Shown piece by piece: positions 16,156 to 16,910 of a DNA stretch of 16,910 bases (its first letter is position 1; each line of letters starts with the position of its first letter). The position numbers and the translations under genes are program-made. Below the pieces are notes generated by a model that ran no database searches, was not told the DNA's origin, and worked only from the letters and a program-made list of their open reading frames with translations. Source of the stretch: Candidatus Latescibacterota bacterium (GTDB taxonomy: Bacteria; Latescibacterota; UBA2968); contig JAYODI010000106.1 of the NCBI GenBank assembly GCA_038279365.1, positions 1-16,910 of the forward strand, given 5' to 3'.

Positions 16156-16788
16156 TTATTTCTCGTTTGCCAAATCGACGGCGCGCCACATATACCAGCT
16201 TGCAACAGAACGAAAAGGGCGCCAGCATTCACAGTAATCGAACATTTCTTTTTCCGTAGGCATATCTTTTAAGTTGTACGTGATCTTAAATCCCTTGCGT
16301 ACACCCAAATCTTTGACGGGTAAAACGTCGGGTCTGCCGAGTTGGAACATGAGCACCATTTGCACAGTCCATTCGCCAATGCCGCGAACTTGGGTGAGTC
16401 GTGCAACAATTTCTTCGTCAGACATTTTGCGCAGTTGCAATCCCGATGGCACCAAGCCCTCAACGGTTTTTTGCGCCAAGTCTTTGACTGCGGCAACTTT
16501 TGCGCGTGACATGCCTGCACCGCGCAGCATTTCCTCGGGTGTATTGATCACATCTATGGGTTTGATGGTGCGCCCAGTAAAGAGTGATTTGACACGCCCG
16601 TGAATGGTGGCTGCCGCTTTGCCAGATAATTGTTGATAAACAATGGATCGCAAAAGGGCTTCAAATGGGTTTAACCGCGCCGGTGGATCAATGTCTAGTC
16701 TGCCCACTGTTTTGATGAGTTGCCCGAGTTTTTTGTCGGCTTTTGATAATGTTTGTATTGCTTTGTTAGGATCATAACACAATGCCAC
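16156..16788 (-). CDS. DNA-3-methyladenine glycosylase II family protein (AlkA/Mag-like, HhH-GPD)
   Basis: FEALLRSIVYQQLSGKAA, LRGAGMSRAK, HhH LTQVRGIGEWT, GRPDVLPVKDLG and WRPFRSVASWYMW. GTG start with GAGGAGG. Short form without the AlkA N-terminal domain. Confidence 0.94.
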   Translation of the reverse strand: MALCYDPNKAIQTLSKADKKLGQLIKTVGRLDIDPPARLNPFEALLRSIVYQQLSGKAAATIHGRVKSLFTGRTIKPIDVINTPEEMLRGAGMSRAKVAAVKDLAQKTVEGLVPSGLQLRKMSDEEIVARLTQVRGIGEWTVQMVLMFQLGRPDVLPVKDLGVRKGFKITYNLKDMPTEKEMFDYCECWRPFRSVASWYMWRAVDLANEK

Positions 16789-16910
16789 ACCTGCCTCCTC
16801 TTATTCAATGGATAAAAACAATATAGTTAATTGTTGTGCAAACCAAAGCAACAAAAAGGTCAAGTCCAAAAAGTTCTGTAAAAGTGTAGCCCCATGATAG
16901 GGGTTAGTTG

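Noticed and set aside
16886..16906. Hairpin TAGCCCC-ATGATA-GGGGTTA near the right edge
   Set aside because: It is short and at the window boundary, so terminator, REP or chance cannot be distinguished.

Overview
Bacterial genomic window with 13 credible protein-coding genes and no rRNA, tRNA, CRISPR array or transposase. The + strand carries, in order: a Cys-type sulfatase, an Asp-box (BNR, sialidase-like) propeller protein, a MarR regulator, a TolC/MFP/RND tripartite efflux operon closed by a strong terminator, a TMEM175-family K+ channel, a second sulfatase, an uncharacterised protein with RhaM-like features, and an MFS transporter. The - strand carries an aldo/keto reductase and an AlkA-type glycosylase followed by a third sulfatase. 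The several signal-peptide-less sulfatases and the tolC-first efflux order suggest an FCB/Latescibacterota-like organism (inference only). The most notable non-coding signals are: (i) a ~190-nt multi-hairpin element with mutually exclusive pairings and a possible pseudoknot directly upstream of the K+ channel; (ii) an exact 22-bp repeat with a palindromic core on both sides of marR; (iii) TCACGTT-type tandem repeats at the left edge. No new biological system can be proven from the sequence alone.
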